The notes under the pieces: generated by a model
What the model saw: only the letters and a program-made list of their open reading frames with translations
Told to the model about the DNA's origin: nothing
Database searches by the model: none
Program-made: the position numbers and the translations under genes
Source of the DNA: Candidatus Obscuribacteraceae bacterium
Lineage (GTDB): Bacteria > Cyanobacteriota > Vampirovibrionia > Obscuribacterales > Obscuribacteraceae
Assembly (NCBI GenBank): GCA_044226015.1
Contig: JBGAHS010000002.1
Location: 369,570 to 433,569 of the forward strand
Reading direction: 5' to 3'
DNA: 64,000 nucleotides
Shown: piece by piece, positions 31,147 through 40,151 of the stretch
How the letters are laid out: each line of letters opens with the position of its first letter
How positions within the stretch are numbered: the first letter of the stretch is position 1

Positions 31147-32329
31147 GGGTCTTGCTCCAATTTGATAGTCTGATTGCATTGATGTTGATAAAACCGCCTG
31201 AGTCAGCAGGCGAGAAAGCCGTCATATCATCGAAGCTCGAGAGTTTATGAGCGTATAGAGATTTCTCAGCCTTTCTTCCAACAACTGAAGAATGCCCTTT
31301 GTAGAGTTTCACTTTGGCAGTTCCAGTCACGGGTGCTTGTATCTCATTTATTGTTGCTTTGAGAATTTTTGCTTCCGGAGCAAACCAATATCCGTTATAT
31401 ACAAGTGAAGCGAACTTGAGAGCAAGCTCTTGCGCCCAATGCGCTACTTCCTTGTCTAGAGTCAGTGACTCAACAGCCTGATGAGCTTGCATCAAGACCG
31501 TTACGCCAGGTGTCTCATACACGCCCCTGGACTTGATACCGATATACCGGTTCTCGACCAGATCAACTCTGCCTACGCCGTGTTCAGCAGCAATCTTGTT
31601 CATGCTTTCGACAAGAGTTAACGCATCCATTTTCTTGCCGTTGATGGCAACAGGAATGCCGCATTCAAAATCAATGCTTACGGTTTCTGCCTTGTCTGGA
31701 GCGTTTTCCGGTGAATTGGTCCAGAGGTAAATGTCCTCTGGAGCCTCTGCCCATGGATCTTCCAAAATGCCACCCTCATAACTGATGTGCATCAAGTTCG
31801 CATCCATAGAGTAGGGCTTGTCCTTACTTATAGGAAGAGGTATGCCATGCTTTTCAGCGTAGTCGAAGAGGTCTTGCCTGCCATTGAAGGACCAAGATCT
31901 CCAGGGAGCTATAATCTCAAGTTGTGGTGCAAGTGACTTCACCGCAAACTCGAATCGCACCTGATCATTGCCCTTCCCCGTAGCACCATGAGCAATGGCA
32001 TCACAGCCTTCTTTCAAAGCAGCTTCAACCATTCCTGCAGCGATACAAGGTCTTGCAAGAGATGTGCCCATCAAATATACAGACTCATAGAACGCATCGG
32101 CTTTGATTGACTCGAAAATAAACTCTTCGACGAATTGTTTTTTCAAATCAGCTACGATGCACTTTTCAGCGCCAGTAGCCAGAGCTTTGACTTTTACAGC
32201 CTCAAAATCCTCTTTCTGCCCTACATCGGCACAATAAGCGACCACGGGTACGTTGTAGGTTTCTTTCAACCAGGTCAAAATCACTGAGGTATCAAGACCA
32301 CCGCTATATGCTAACAATATTTTTTTCAT
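31109..32329 (-). CDS. argG: Argininosuccinate synthase
   Basis: LAYSGGLDTS, HGATGKGNDQVRF, SYEGG, SRGVYETP. Confidence 0.98.
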   Translation of the reverse strand: MKKILLAYSGGLDTSVILTWLKETYNVPVVAYCADVGQKEDFEAVKVKALATGAEKCIVADLKKQFVEEFIFESIKADAFYESVYLMGTSLARPCIAAGMVEAALKEGCDAIAHGATGKGNDQVRFEFAVKSLAPQLEIIAPWRSWSFNGRQDLFDYAEKHGIPLPISKDKPYSMDANLMHISYEGGILEDPWAEAPEDIYLWTNSPENAPDKAETVSIDFECGIPVAINGKKMDALTLVESMNKIAAEHGVGRVDLVENRYIGIKSRGVYETPGVTVLMQAHQAVESLTLDKEVAHWAQELALKFASLVYNGYWFAPEAKILKATINEIQAPVTGTAKVKLYKGHSSVVGRKAEKSLYAHKLSSFDDMTAFSPADSGGFININAIRLSNWSKTHESIKKSVQAGA

Positions 32330-32381
32330 GACTTAAATTCCTTTGATCCGCCAGGGCGGTAATGTAATGCTGTTGCGTGAA

Positions 32382-33410
32382 TTAGAGAACAAGCGCGAGA
32401 ATAGCTTTCTGTGCGTGCAGCCGATTTTCTGCTTGATCAAACACCACTGACTGCGGTCCATCAATAACTTCATCGGTAATTTCATAGCCTCGGTGAGCTG
32501 GAAGGCAGTGCATCACGATGGCTGCGGGAAAGGACTTTTTCAGTAACTCCGCATTGACTTGGAAATCAGCAAAAGCTTTGATTTTGGAGCTTGCTTCGGC
32601 TTCCTGCCCCATTGATACCCATGTGTCTGTGTAGATTACATCAGCATCAGCAGCGGCCTCAGCTGCGTCGTGCGTCAGAGTTAGCTTTCCGCCCCAACTT
32701 GCGGCTTCGGCTAGCGTCTGCTCCCATATGGCGGGGTCTGGCATGTACTGCTCTGGGCAAGCAATAACGCATTCGGCACCAAATTTGGTAGCAGCCAGAA
32801 ACAAAGAGTTTGATACATTATTTGGATCACCGATATACGCAATTTTAAGTCCCTCCAGGCAATCAAAGTGCTCAATTATGGTCAAGAGATCCGCAAGTGC
32901 CTGGCAAGGATGTTCGGCATCGCTCAAGCCATTAATTACTGGGATTTTTGCATTCTCTGCCAGCTTTTCAACGGTTTCCTGCAAGAAGGTTCTTGCCATA
33001 ATTCCGCTGACCCATCTTTCCAGGTTATGTGCAACATCAGCTATAGACTCTCTCACGCCGAGAGGACCATCCAAAAATATTGCATGACCGCCAAGCTGCT
33101 TCATACCGAGGTCAAAAGTGACTCTAGTTCTTAACGATGGCTTTTCAAAAAGCATAGCGAGTGACTTATTTTTGCACAGAAGTGATTGCGCATCATCATT
33201 GACGTGCTGCTTCAAGAGAGCAGCAGTATCCAGGAGAAGCTGAATCTCGGCTTTGCTCAGCCCCTCTATGCCCAGAATATCTTTTCCGCGCAGCGAGTCT
33301 TCATCCAGGATTTTTAGAAGCGGCGAGATTACAGCTGCTTTCAATACAGCTTCCTTCGCTGGGCTCTTAGCCTTGTGATTCTGAACCTTTGCTGCGGATT
33401 TCATTTTCAT
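32382..33410 (-). CDS. argF: Ornithine carbamoyltransferase
   Basis: FEKPSLRTR, HPCQALAD, YTDTWVSMG, HCLP, DQAENR. Confidence 0.97.
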   Translation of the reverse strand: MKMKSAAKVQNHKAKSPAKEAVLKAAVISPLLKILDEDSLRGKDILGIEGLSKAEIQLLLDTAALLKQHVNDDAQSLLCKNKSLAMLFEKPSLRTRVTFDLGMKQLGGHAIFLDGPLGVRESIADVAHNLERWVSGIMARTFLQETVEKLAENAKIPVINGLSDAEHPCQALADLLTIIEHFDCLEGLKIAYIGDPNNVSNSLFLAATKFGAECVIACPEQYMPDPAIWEQTLAEAASWGGKLTLTHDAAEAAADADVIYTDTWVSMGQEAEASSKIKAFADFQVNAELLKKSFPAAIVMHCLPAHRGYEITDEVIDGPQSVVFDQAENRLHAQKAILALVL

Positions 33411-33451
33411 TCTCCAGTCATTCGAATTTGTACTTGTTTGAATTTAGATTT

Positions 33452-33524
33452 CACACCCCGCAGGAGTTGAACCTGCAACCTTCGGTTCCGTAGACCGTCG
33501 CTCTATCCATTGAGCTAGGAGTGT
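33452..33524 (-). tRNA. tRNA-Arg (anticodon ACG), CCA not encoded
   Basis: Minus strand ACACTCCTAGCTCAATGGATAGAGCGACGGTCT-ACG-GAACCGAAGGTTGCAGGTTCAACTCCTGCGGGGTGTG folds as a cloverleaf: acceptor ACACTCC/GGGGTGT, D arm GCTC/GAGC, T arm GCAGG-TTCAACT-CCTGC. Confidence 0.95.
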
Positions 33525-33530
33525 ATAAAC

Positions 33531-33550
33531 GCGGGGCGTTTCCGCCCCGC
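33531..33550 (-). other. GC-rich GAAA-loop hairpin between argB and tRNA-Arg (processing/stability stem or weak terminator)
   Basis: GCGGGGCG-GAAA-CGCCCCGC followed by GTTTAT, just upstream of the tRNA 5' end. Confidence 0.6.
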
Positions 33551-33564
33551 AGAACACGCGAGAC

Positions 33565-34473
33565 TTAAAGCTTCTTGTTGAATATTTGACAATCAGAGCC
33601 AGTCTTGCAGGAAATGGTTGTTCCGATTGTTTGTGTTGTTATAGCTTTGAGCAAGGCGTGTTCGGTATGTCCGTCAATAATTTGTGCAGCAGAAATCCCC
33701 ATATTCACTGCATCTATACAGCTTTTGATTTTCGGAAGCATTCCACCTTTGATGGTACCATCGGCGATTTTGGCTTCAGCTTCGTCAACGTTCAGGTTTT
33801 TGATCAAAGTATTCTTCTCCGAAATGTCCTCAAGAACACCAGGAACATCGGTGATATTGATCAGCTTGGTAGCGCCAATTGCAGCAGCTAATTCCAGAGC
33901 TGCCGTATCGGCATTGATATTCAATACGCTGCCCGTTTCATTAAGAGCAAGCGGAGCAATCACGGGCACGGCGCCTTTCAAGAATGCTTCTTTTATTTTC
34001 GCAACGTTCACGCCGTTGACTTTACCAACGAAACCGAGGTCAAGTTCCTTTCCTGATGCATCGCTTGCGGTAAGCTTGCTAGCCGAGAAAATGGCGCTGG
34101 TATTTGGTATGAATTCTGTGGCGAAAACAGTTGATTCAAGCGGGACATAGCCAACGGCAGGAACCGAAACCAGCGAAATCTTCTCAACAATAAGCTGGTT
34201 AATTTCCGTAAGTTCTTCAACAACAATCTGTAGGGTTTCTTTATCAGTGACTCTGAGTCCTTGAATTTTGACAGGAACCTTGTTGAGCGCTGCAAGCTTC
34301 TGGTCAATGGCGGGACCACCGCCATGAACGATTGCCAGAGAGAGACCAGCTTTCACTAGCTCTTTTGCATCTGCAAGCAAATTTTCTAGCAGCCCTTCAG
34401 TTTCGATGACGCTGCCACCAATTTTGACGACTACGATTGTTCCAGTAAGATTGATTGTCTCGGCGGTATTCAT
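33565..34473 (-). CDS. argB: Acetylglutamate kinase
   Basis: VVKIGGS, VHGGG, GLRVTD, LGFVG, NINAD, GGMLPK. Confidence 0.96.
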   Translation of the reverse strand: MNTAETINLTGTIVVVKIGGSVIETEGLLENLLADAKELVKAGLSLAIVHGGGPAIDQKLAALNKVPVKIQGLRVTDKETLQIVVEELTEINQLIVEKISLVSVPAVGYVPLESTVFATEFIPNTSAIFSASKLTASDASGKELDLGFVGKVNGVNVAKIKEAFLKGAVPVIAPLALNETGSVLNINADTAALELAAAIGATKLINITDVPGVLEDISEKNTLIKNLNVDEAEAKIADGTIKGGMLPKIKSCIDAVNMGISAAQIIDGHTEHALLKAITTQTIGTTISCKTGSDCQIFNKKL

Positions 34474-34587
34474 TGTTTCAATTCTCCAAAAAAATTAGTA
34501 GAAGGGCGCAGCAGTCCATAGCAAAGCCTGCTTTTCACCCATAATCAGGTCTTACAGTAGCGAAGGGGATAAACTCGCTACTGAGAC

Positions 34588-35811
34588 CTATGTACGATAA
34601 GCTCCATTGATTCTTACGTAATCGTAAGAGAGGTCACAGCCCCAGGCTGTTGCCTTAGAAAGTCCATCATGCAAATCAATCAATACTTGAATGTTTGATT
34701 TCTTCATCACTTTAAGTGCATGCGATTCATCGAACTTGCAGGGCTCACCGCCTTTGAGAAGCGGCACCACATTACCACTACTTGAAAGCGCAACAGAGAC
34801 CTTTGCGGGGTCGAACCAGACACCGCCATAGCCCAGAGCTGCGACAATTCTGCCCCAGTTTGCGTCTTCACCAAACATCGCTGTCTTCACCAGGTTAGAT
34901 GAAACAACAGATTTTGAGAGCTTGGAAGCATCTTCAAATGACTTGCTTCCCTTTACAGTGACAGCTAAAAGTTTGGTAGCACCTTCGCCATCTTTTGCAA
35001 TGCATTTTGCAAGAAAGACGTTGATAGCGCCAAGTGCTTTCACAAACAATTTCCATTCTTTGCTGCCTTCAACTACTGGTGCAGTTTCAGCAGCGCCATT
35101 AGCCATGATTGCCACCATGTCGTTTGTGCTCGTGTCACCATCAACTGAAATCATGTTGTAGGTTTTTTGCACGCTAACAATCAATGCCTTTTTCAAAAGT
35201 TCCTTTGAAATGTTTAGATCTGTGAGAATGAAAGAGAGCATGGTCGCCATGTTGGGATGAATCATTCCCGAGCCCTTTGCCATAGCAGCTATGGTCACGA
35301 CCTTCTCTCCAACATTGAACTCCACAGAACAATGCTTGATAAAAGTATCGGTCGTCATAATTGCGGTTGCTGCGTTCACACCGGCTTCATCGCTATGAGC
35401 AATTTTTGGTGCCAGGAATTCAATGCCGGCTTCGACTTTCTCGATGGGCATCGGAACACCTATAACACCTGTCGACGCGATGAGAATCTCGCCGGGGTCG
35501 GCGTTGAGGCAAGCAGCGGTTTTTGTAGCCATTCTCCAGGTGTGTTCAACGCCCGTCGCACCGGTACATGAATTAGCGTTTCCACTATTGATGACAATCG
35601 CTTTGATCTTCTTTCCGCTAGCGTCAACCTTTTGGTTCCACATAATTGGAGCAGCTTTAACAACATTCGTTGTGAGAGCGACAGCAAAATCAGCCGGAAC
35701 ATCGCTGACGATAAGCGCGAGGTCCTTTCTTTTTCTCTTCAAACCAACGTGCTCTCCAGCAGCCTGGAAGCCCTTTGGCATTTGAAACTCTTTTGAAACT
35801 TTCACTGTCAT
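34588..35811 (-). CDS. argJ: Ornithine acetyltransferase / N-acetylglutamate synthase
   Basis: NSGNANSCTG, STGVIG, IMTTDT, KGSGMIHPNMATML, DGDTSTND, DGEGATK; ATG 35811 has GGAG 9 nt upstream (the track's 35889 start runs through the attenuator). Confidence 0.96.
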   Translation of the reverse strand: MTVKVSKEFQMPKGFQAAGEHVGLKRKRKDLALIVSDVPADFAVALTTNVVKAAPIMWNQKVDASGKKIKAIVINSGNANSCTGATGVEHTWRMATKTAACLNADPGEILIASTGVIGVPMPIEKVEAGIEFLAPKIAHSDEAGVNAATAIMTTDTFIKHCSVEFNVGEKVVTIAAMAKGSGMIHPNMATMLSFILTDLNISKELLKKALIVSVQKTYNMISVDGDTSTNDMVAIMANGAAETAPVVEGSKEWKLFVKALGAINVFLAKCIAKDGEGATKLLAVTVKGSKSFEDASKLSKSVVSSNLVKTAMFGEDANWGRIVAALGYGGVWFDPAKVSVALSSSGNVVPLLKGGEPCKFDESHALKVMKKSNIQVLIDLHDGLSKATAWGCDLSYDYVRINGAYRT

Positions 35812-35838
35812 CACCCGCATCTCCAAAAGTTCAGAAAT

Positions 35839-35867
35839 AAAAAACCCCGATCCTTCTGGACTCGGGG
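35839..35867 (-). terminator. Attenuator terminator upstream of argJ
   Basis: CCCCGAGUCC-AGAA-GGAUCGGGG followed by UUUUUU on the minus strand. Confidence 0.85.
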
Positions 35868-35893
35868 CTGGAATGCGTAAATGATGCAAGCCT

Positions 35894-35968
35894 TTATTGC
35901 CCCGAGTCCTTCATACGAACGCGGCGGCTACGGCGGTTTGTGTTGGCGATGTAACTAACAGATTTCAT
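35894..35968 (-). CDS. Arg-rich leader peptide MKSVSYIANTNRRSRRVRMKDSGQ
   Basis: ATG 35968 to TAA 35894; codons CGC CGT AGC CGC CGC GTT CGT; 3' codons are complementary (11 bp) to the terminator's left arm. Confidence 0.85.
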   Translation of the reverse strand: MKSVSYIANTNRRSRRVRMKDSGQ

Positions 35969-35999
35969 TTTTTGTGCCCACACTGACAAGATGAATTAA

Positions 36000-36029
36000 A
36001 CCATACACCTTGGAAATCGGATCCGTCAA
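36000..36029 (-). promoter_or_regulatory. Putative sigma-70 promoter of the arg leader
   Basis: TTGACG-18 nt-TATGGT, about 30 nt upstream of the leader ATG. Confidence 0.5.
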
Positions 36030-36395
36030 CAAGATTTACTTTCGCTCATCAAAATGCGCAACATTTATTTTCGCATGCGCTTCACCGTGTGCACCCGGAG
36101 CGGGGCGGGTGACTGAGTCGAGTTTATCGTAGTTACCCATCGGCTCGTACAAGGATGAGCAAGGAGTACGAGGGACAGCTGCAAACAGGGAGCAAGGCTA
36201 CAGGCAAGATCGAAGAGCTCAGGCAAGTGATAAGTTCCATAGACGAGAGCAATGACTCCGAACAAACTGCAGCTACAAGCACAACGGTGGATCTAATTGA
36301 CGAGAAGCCAGCTTGCAGATGGGAATAGACTGATTATCAGTAAATTAGATGCACCGAATTGATGACAACACATTTCAAAAAAAACTTGCTATCTT

Positions 36396-37490
36396 TTGAG
36401 CACTAATTCGGATGGAATCAAAGTGAAGAGTTCTGAAAAACTGAGGATTGGAATCGTCGGAGCGACCGGCTACACAGGCGTGGAGCTACTCCGTTTATTG
36501 TCCAGACATCCTCACGTGAGTATAGAAGGATTGACTACCCGTACGGCAGCAGGCAAAGAAATTGCTCATATATTCCCTTCGCTGAAAAAAGTTTGTTCAA
36601 CGACATGCTCAGATGAGAGTCTTGATGAGCTAAGTAAGAGAACAGACCTTGTATTCATAGCCCTTCCACATGGCGAAGCAGCCAATATGGTGACTTCGGA
36701 CATACTAAACCGCTGCAAAATAATTGACCTCGGTGCTGACTTCAGGCTTGAGGATCCCTTAGATTACAAAAAGTGGTATCACTTAGACCATCCGAATCCA
36801 CTCATGATCACCGAGGCAGTATACGGCTTGCCAGAGTTCAATAGGGAGAAGATTCGCAATGCACGATTGATTGCTAACCCAGGTTGCTATGCGACGTGCA
36901 GTATTCTATCTCTTGCTCCGCTTCTAAAAAATTCCCTGATCGATGAAGACTCGATCATAGTAGATGCAAAATCTGGTGTTTCAGGAGCTGGAAGAGGACT
37001 TTCGCTGGTATCACATTTCAATGAGTGTAATGAAAGCTTCAAGGCATATGCTGTAGCATCACACCGACACACGCCTGAGATAGAGCAAGCTTTGAAACAA
37101 GAAACAGGAGTAGCTACTACGCTAAGTTTCACACCGCATTTAGTGCCAATGGATCGAGGCATTCTAGTGACGGCATATGCAAAACTGAGAAAAGGAATTC
37201 GATTCGAGGAATTGCAAGAGGCTTATGCAGATTCATATAGAGATGAGCATTTCATCCGCATTTATGACAGCGCCGCAGAGCCGACTGTGCTGCCCGAAAC
37301 AAGATGGGTGAGAGGAAGTAATTTTTGTGACATCTTCTACAAAATAGATGAACGCACTAATCGTGTAATAGTAGTTGCTACTATAGACAACTTGGTAAAA
37401 GGAGCAGCTGGTCAAGCGATTCAAAACATGAATTTGATGAGTTCTTTTGATGAGAGACTGGCGTTGGAAGAAGCGGGATTTTTTCCATAA
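36396..37490 (+). CDS. argC: N-acetyl-gamma-glutamyl-phosphate reductase
   Basis: GATGYTG, ALPHG, DLGADFRL, IANPGCY, KSGVSGAG, HRHTPEI, DNLVKGAAGQA; start may be GTG 36423. Confidence 0.97.
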   Translation: MSTNSDGIKVKSSEKLRIGIVGATGYTGVELLRLLSRHPHVSIEGLTTRTAAGKEIAHIFPSLKKVCSTTCSDESLDELSKRTDLVFIALPHGEAANMVTSDILNRCKIIDLGADFRLEDPLDYKKWYHLDHPNPLMITEAVYGLPEFNREKIRNARLIANPGCYATCSILSLAPLLKNSLIDEDSIIVDAKSGVSGAGRGLSLVSHFNECNESFKAYAVASHRHTPEIEQALKQETGVATTLSFTPHLVPMDRGILVTAYAKLRKGIRFEELQEAYADSYRDEHFIRIYDSAAEPTVLPETRWVRGSNFCDIFYKIDERTNRVIVVATIDNLVKGAAGQAIQNMNLMSSFDERLALEEAGFFP

Positions 37491-37674
37491 GCCGCGATGA
37501 AAACAATCCCGCCAGCGCTTAGCTATGAGTTATCCCGCTCCTTCAGCGACAGCTGTCAAAGCTGGATTATTTGAAGGTTGTCCTTCCGTCGAAGTTCCGA
37601 CGATGTAATTCAACACTAGCTATCGTTTTAGCATTGGGTTCAAGGTAAAATACCGACAAGTATTGGAGAGCATT

Positions 37675-38517
37675 ATGGAACTTCTTAGCACATACAACAA
37701 AGTTTCAGTACCATCATTTATGTATGGCACTGCGTGGAAAAAAGATGCAACCACGCGTCTAACAAAAATGGCTGTTGAAGCAGGTTTCAAAGCAATCGAT
37801 ACGGCAAACCAATTAATCCACTATGATGAAGCGAAAGTAGGCGACGCTCTCTTGGAACTCTACAAAAAGGGAATTTCGCGCGAACAATTGTTTCTACAAA
37901 CAAAATTCACCTCGGTGAATGGACAAGACCACAGAACGCCCTATGATGCTTCTGCCGACTTAAGCTCTCAAGTAAAACAATCAATGGATAGTTCACTTAA
38001 GCATCTGCATACAGACTATCTTGATTCGTACGTTCTCCACGGACCTTACTATCGCAGGGGGCTCAGCACCGAAGATTGGGAAATATGGACCGCGATTGAA
38101 TCCCTTTTCCAGGATGGAAAAGCTCGAACAATCGGAGTCAGTAATGTTAATGCAGAGCAGTTGCGCGAACTATGCAGCAAAGCAAAAACGAAACCAATGT
38201 TCGTCCAAAATCGCACCTTTGCCAGTACAGCTTGGGACCGCGAAGTGCGCAGCATTTGCACTAGCCACGGGATAATCTACCAAGGGTTTTCATTATTGAC
38301 GGCGAATAGTCAGGTGCTTTCGAGCAACGAAATCAAAAGCATTTCGAAACGATTGGGCGCCACTTCATCACAGGTGATTTTCCGATTTGCGATGCATATC
38401 GGCATGCTTCCATTAACAGGCACGACAAGCGAAGTTCACATGCGTGAAGATTTGAACGCTACGCATTTTGCTCTTTCAGAAGAAGACATCAGGACAATTG
38501 AAAACATCGCAGTATAG
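37675..38517 (+). CDS. Aldo/keto reductase
   Basis: YGTAWK, GFKAIDTA, LFLQTKF, DYLDSYVLHGP, IGVSN. Confidence 0.92.
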   Translation: MELLSTYNKVSVPSFMYGTAWKKDATTRLTKMAVEAGFKAIDTANQLIHYDEAKVGDALLELYKKGISREQLFLQTKFTSVNGQDHRTPYDASADLSSQVKQSMDSSLKHLHTDYLDSYVLHGPYYRRGLSTEDWEIWTAIESLFQDGKARTIGVSNVNAEQLRELCSKAKTKPMFVQNRTFASTAWDREVRSICTSHGIIYQGFSLLTANSQVLSSNEIKSISKRLGATSSQVIFRFAMHIGMLPLTGTTSEVHMREDLNATHFALSEEDIRTIENIAV

Positions 38518-38605
38518 ACTTGCAGGCTCGTAGTTTCGTGGAATCGTCAATCTCCTGACACGCCTAAAAAGCCGATGGTCAGGTTCTCGACGTAGAGGTT
38601 CTGAC

Positions 38606-38841
38606 TCTCGACGAGAATGATCGGATTCCCCACGAAGAGCTTTGATTCTTGACGAGAACGGTCAGATTCCCCACAAAGAGCTTTGATTCTCAACGAGAAC
38701 GGTCAGATTCCCCACGAAGAGCTTTAATTCTCGACGAGAATGGTCGGATTCCCCACGAAGAGCTTTAATTCTCGACGAGAATGGTCGGATTCCCCGCAAA
38801 GATCTTTGATTCTCGACGAGAATGGTCGGATTCCCCACGAA
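38606..38841. repeat. 41-bp minisatellite, about 5.7 copies
   Basis: Unit TCTCGACGAGAATGGTCGGATTCCCCACGAAGAGCTTTGAT at 38606, 38647, 38688, 38729, 38770, 38811; no spacers. Confidence 0.92.
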
Positions 38842-38897
38842 AAGAATCAGGCGTTTGTGAAATATTGGTACCATGCAGAAATTCTGCTGGGGGGGCA

Positions 38898-38985
38898 TCA
38901 CGTATTGAGTCGGAGCTAAGTTTTGCCAATACTAAAAGTAAGTTGATGGGCCCGGATTCAAGATGCAATTCGAGGTCAACAAGAA
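38898..38985 (+). promoter_or_regulatory. Conserved promoter/5'UTR block, duplicated at 40065-40151
   Basis: CACGTATTGAGTCGG...GCC(A)ATACT...GGTT/AGTTGA...CGGATT...GCAATTCGAGGTCA..CA.GAAATGGAC in both copies; TTGAGT-16/17-(A/C)ATACT. Confidence 0.6.
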
Positions 38986-39990
38986 ATGGACAATTGGCAT
39001 AATTTGGAACAGGCGAAATCCAAAGACGATAGCAGCGCAGAACAATCAGCGCATGAAGACAGCCAGTCAAGCTTGTTTGATCGCATGATGCCAAAGAATA
39101 TGGCCTTTAGCAAGGAGGTTCTTGCACTTTCTACTGTAAGCGGTTTGACGCAAACAGCAGTGAGGTCTGTAGAACATTTAGTTGCTAACAATCTAAATTT
39201 AGAACCCAAAAGCTTTCTGGAAGCGAAACCATTTATGGCAGAAGATTTGGCTCGAAACCATTTACACGCCTGGGCCCTGATGCATGATCAATATGCCATG
39301 AAGGGCTCTGGGCAGCTTTTAGCAGCGAATGCACTAGAAGCAACGAATGCACTGGGAGCAGCGAATAAACCTGGAGCACCAAAAGGACTAGATGCACTAG
39401 CAAAAGCGCAGTCATCCGGCGCTTCCGCCGCCCTGGGAAGACCCGGCTTAGATCTCGGAGAAAAGTCCACACAGCTTGGAATTGAAAGAACGCGTGTGGA
39501 AATAGTAGGCGGCACAGCAGAACATCTTGCTGCATCTAAGAAAATGCTTGCAGCGGGCTCTAATGAAGCCGCTTTCCTCGCAGCTAGAGAACGGCTGCAA
39601 GTGTATAGCGCTTCCCTGTATAGCGAACTGAAAACAATGATAGATGGGGATCTTAACAATGTCTTGAAGGCGGAGCAACAAGTTTACAAAAGCTCAATGC
39701 TAGACTCATCTTCGAAGTCCTTTTGCAAAGGTTTCTTCACCGGTGCAGCTTCTATGACTGCCGGATACGCAATAGACAAAGCTTTAGGGAGCAGTCCCAC
39801 AGAAGAATCAATACCACGATTGTTGATTGATGGTTGCATGGTTCCGGCAGCGCTATCCGGTGGACGATACAAGATGATTAGTGCAGCGGCATTGTTCACT
39901 GCATCACGAGCGGTAGGTATTGCAGAAACGATGAGAACTCAGATGTCTCCTGAAAAAAGTAAATATGAAAACCTAAAAATGAAAAGCTAG
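38986..39990 (+). CDS. Hypothetical protein, orphan family with C-terminal hydrophobic helices
   Basis: C-terminus nearly identical to 40152 (ASMTAGYA.D...GS.PT.ESIPRLLIDGCMVPAAL.GGRY). Confidence 0.8.
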   Translation: MDNWHNLEQAKSKDDSSAEQSAHEDSQSSLFDRMMPKNMAFSKEVLALSTVSGLTQTAVRSVEHLVANNLNLEPKSFLEAKPFMAEDLARNHLHAWALMHDQYAMKGSGQLLAANALEATNALGAANKPGAPKGLDALAKAQSSGASAALGRPGLDLGEKSTQLGIERTRVEIVGGTAEHLAASKKMLAAGSNEAAFLAARERLQVYSASLYSELKTMIDGDLNNVLKAEQQVYKSSMLDSSSKSFCKGFFTGAASMTAGYAIDKALGSSPTEESIPRLLIDGCMVPAALSGGRYKMISAAALFTASRAVGIAETMRTQMSPEKSKYENLKMKS

Positions 39991-40151
39991 AAATGAAAAC
40001 AATATCTACATTAAAGATGAACGATTGGCTGAAAACCTAATTGATCAATTACTGATGGGAAATCCACGTATTGAGTCGGGAACGAGTTTAGCCATACTTA
40101 AGGAAGGTTGAATTGGGCTCGGATTGATAGCAATTCGAGGTCAGACAGGAA

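Noticed and set aside
31147..31179. Longer ArgH start
   Set aside because: ATG 31146 has a GGAG RBS and the extension lies inside argG
35812..35889. N-terminal extension of ArgJ given by the ORF track
   Set aside because: Runs through the attenuator terminator; the RBS-supported start is ATG 35811
36051..36300. ARG box, T-box or other ncRNA in the argJ-argC spacer; 66-aa ORF 36065-36265
   Set aside because: The ATGCG...CGCAT inverted repeat does not fit the ARG consensus; no T-box motif or convincing fold; the ORF has no support
38606..38841. CRISPR array, or the overlapping short ORFs 38662-39094
   Set aside because: Pure 41-bp tandem repeat without spacers; the ORFs are by-products of the repeat
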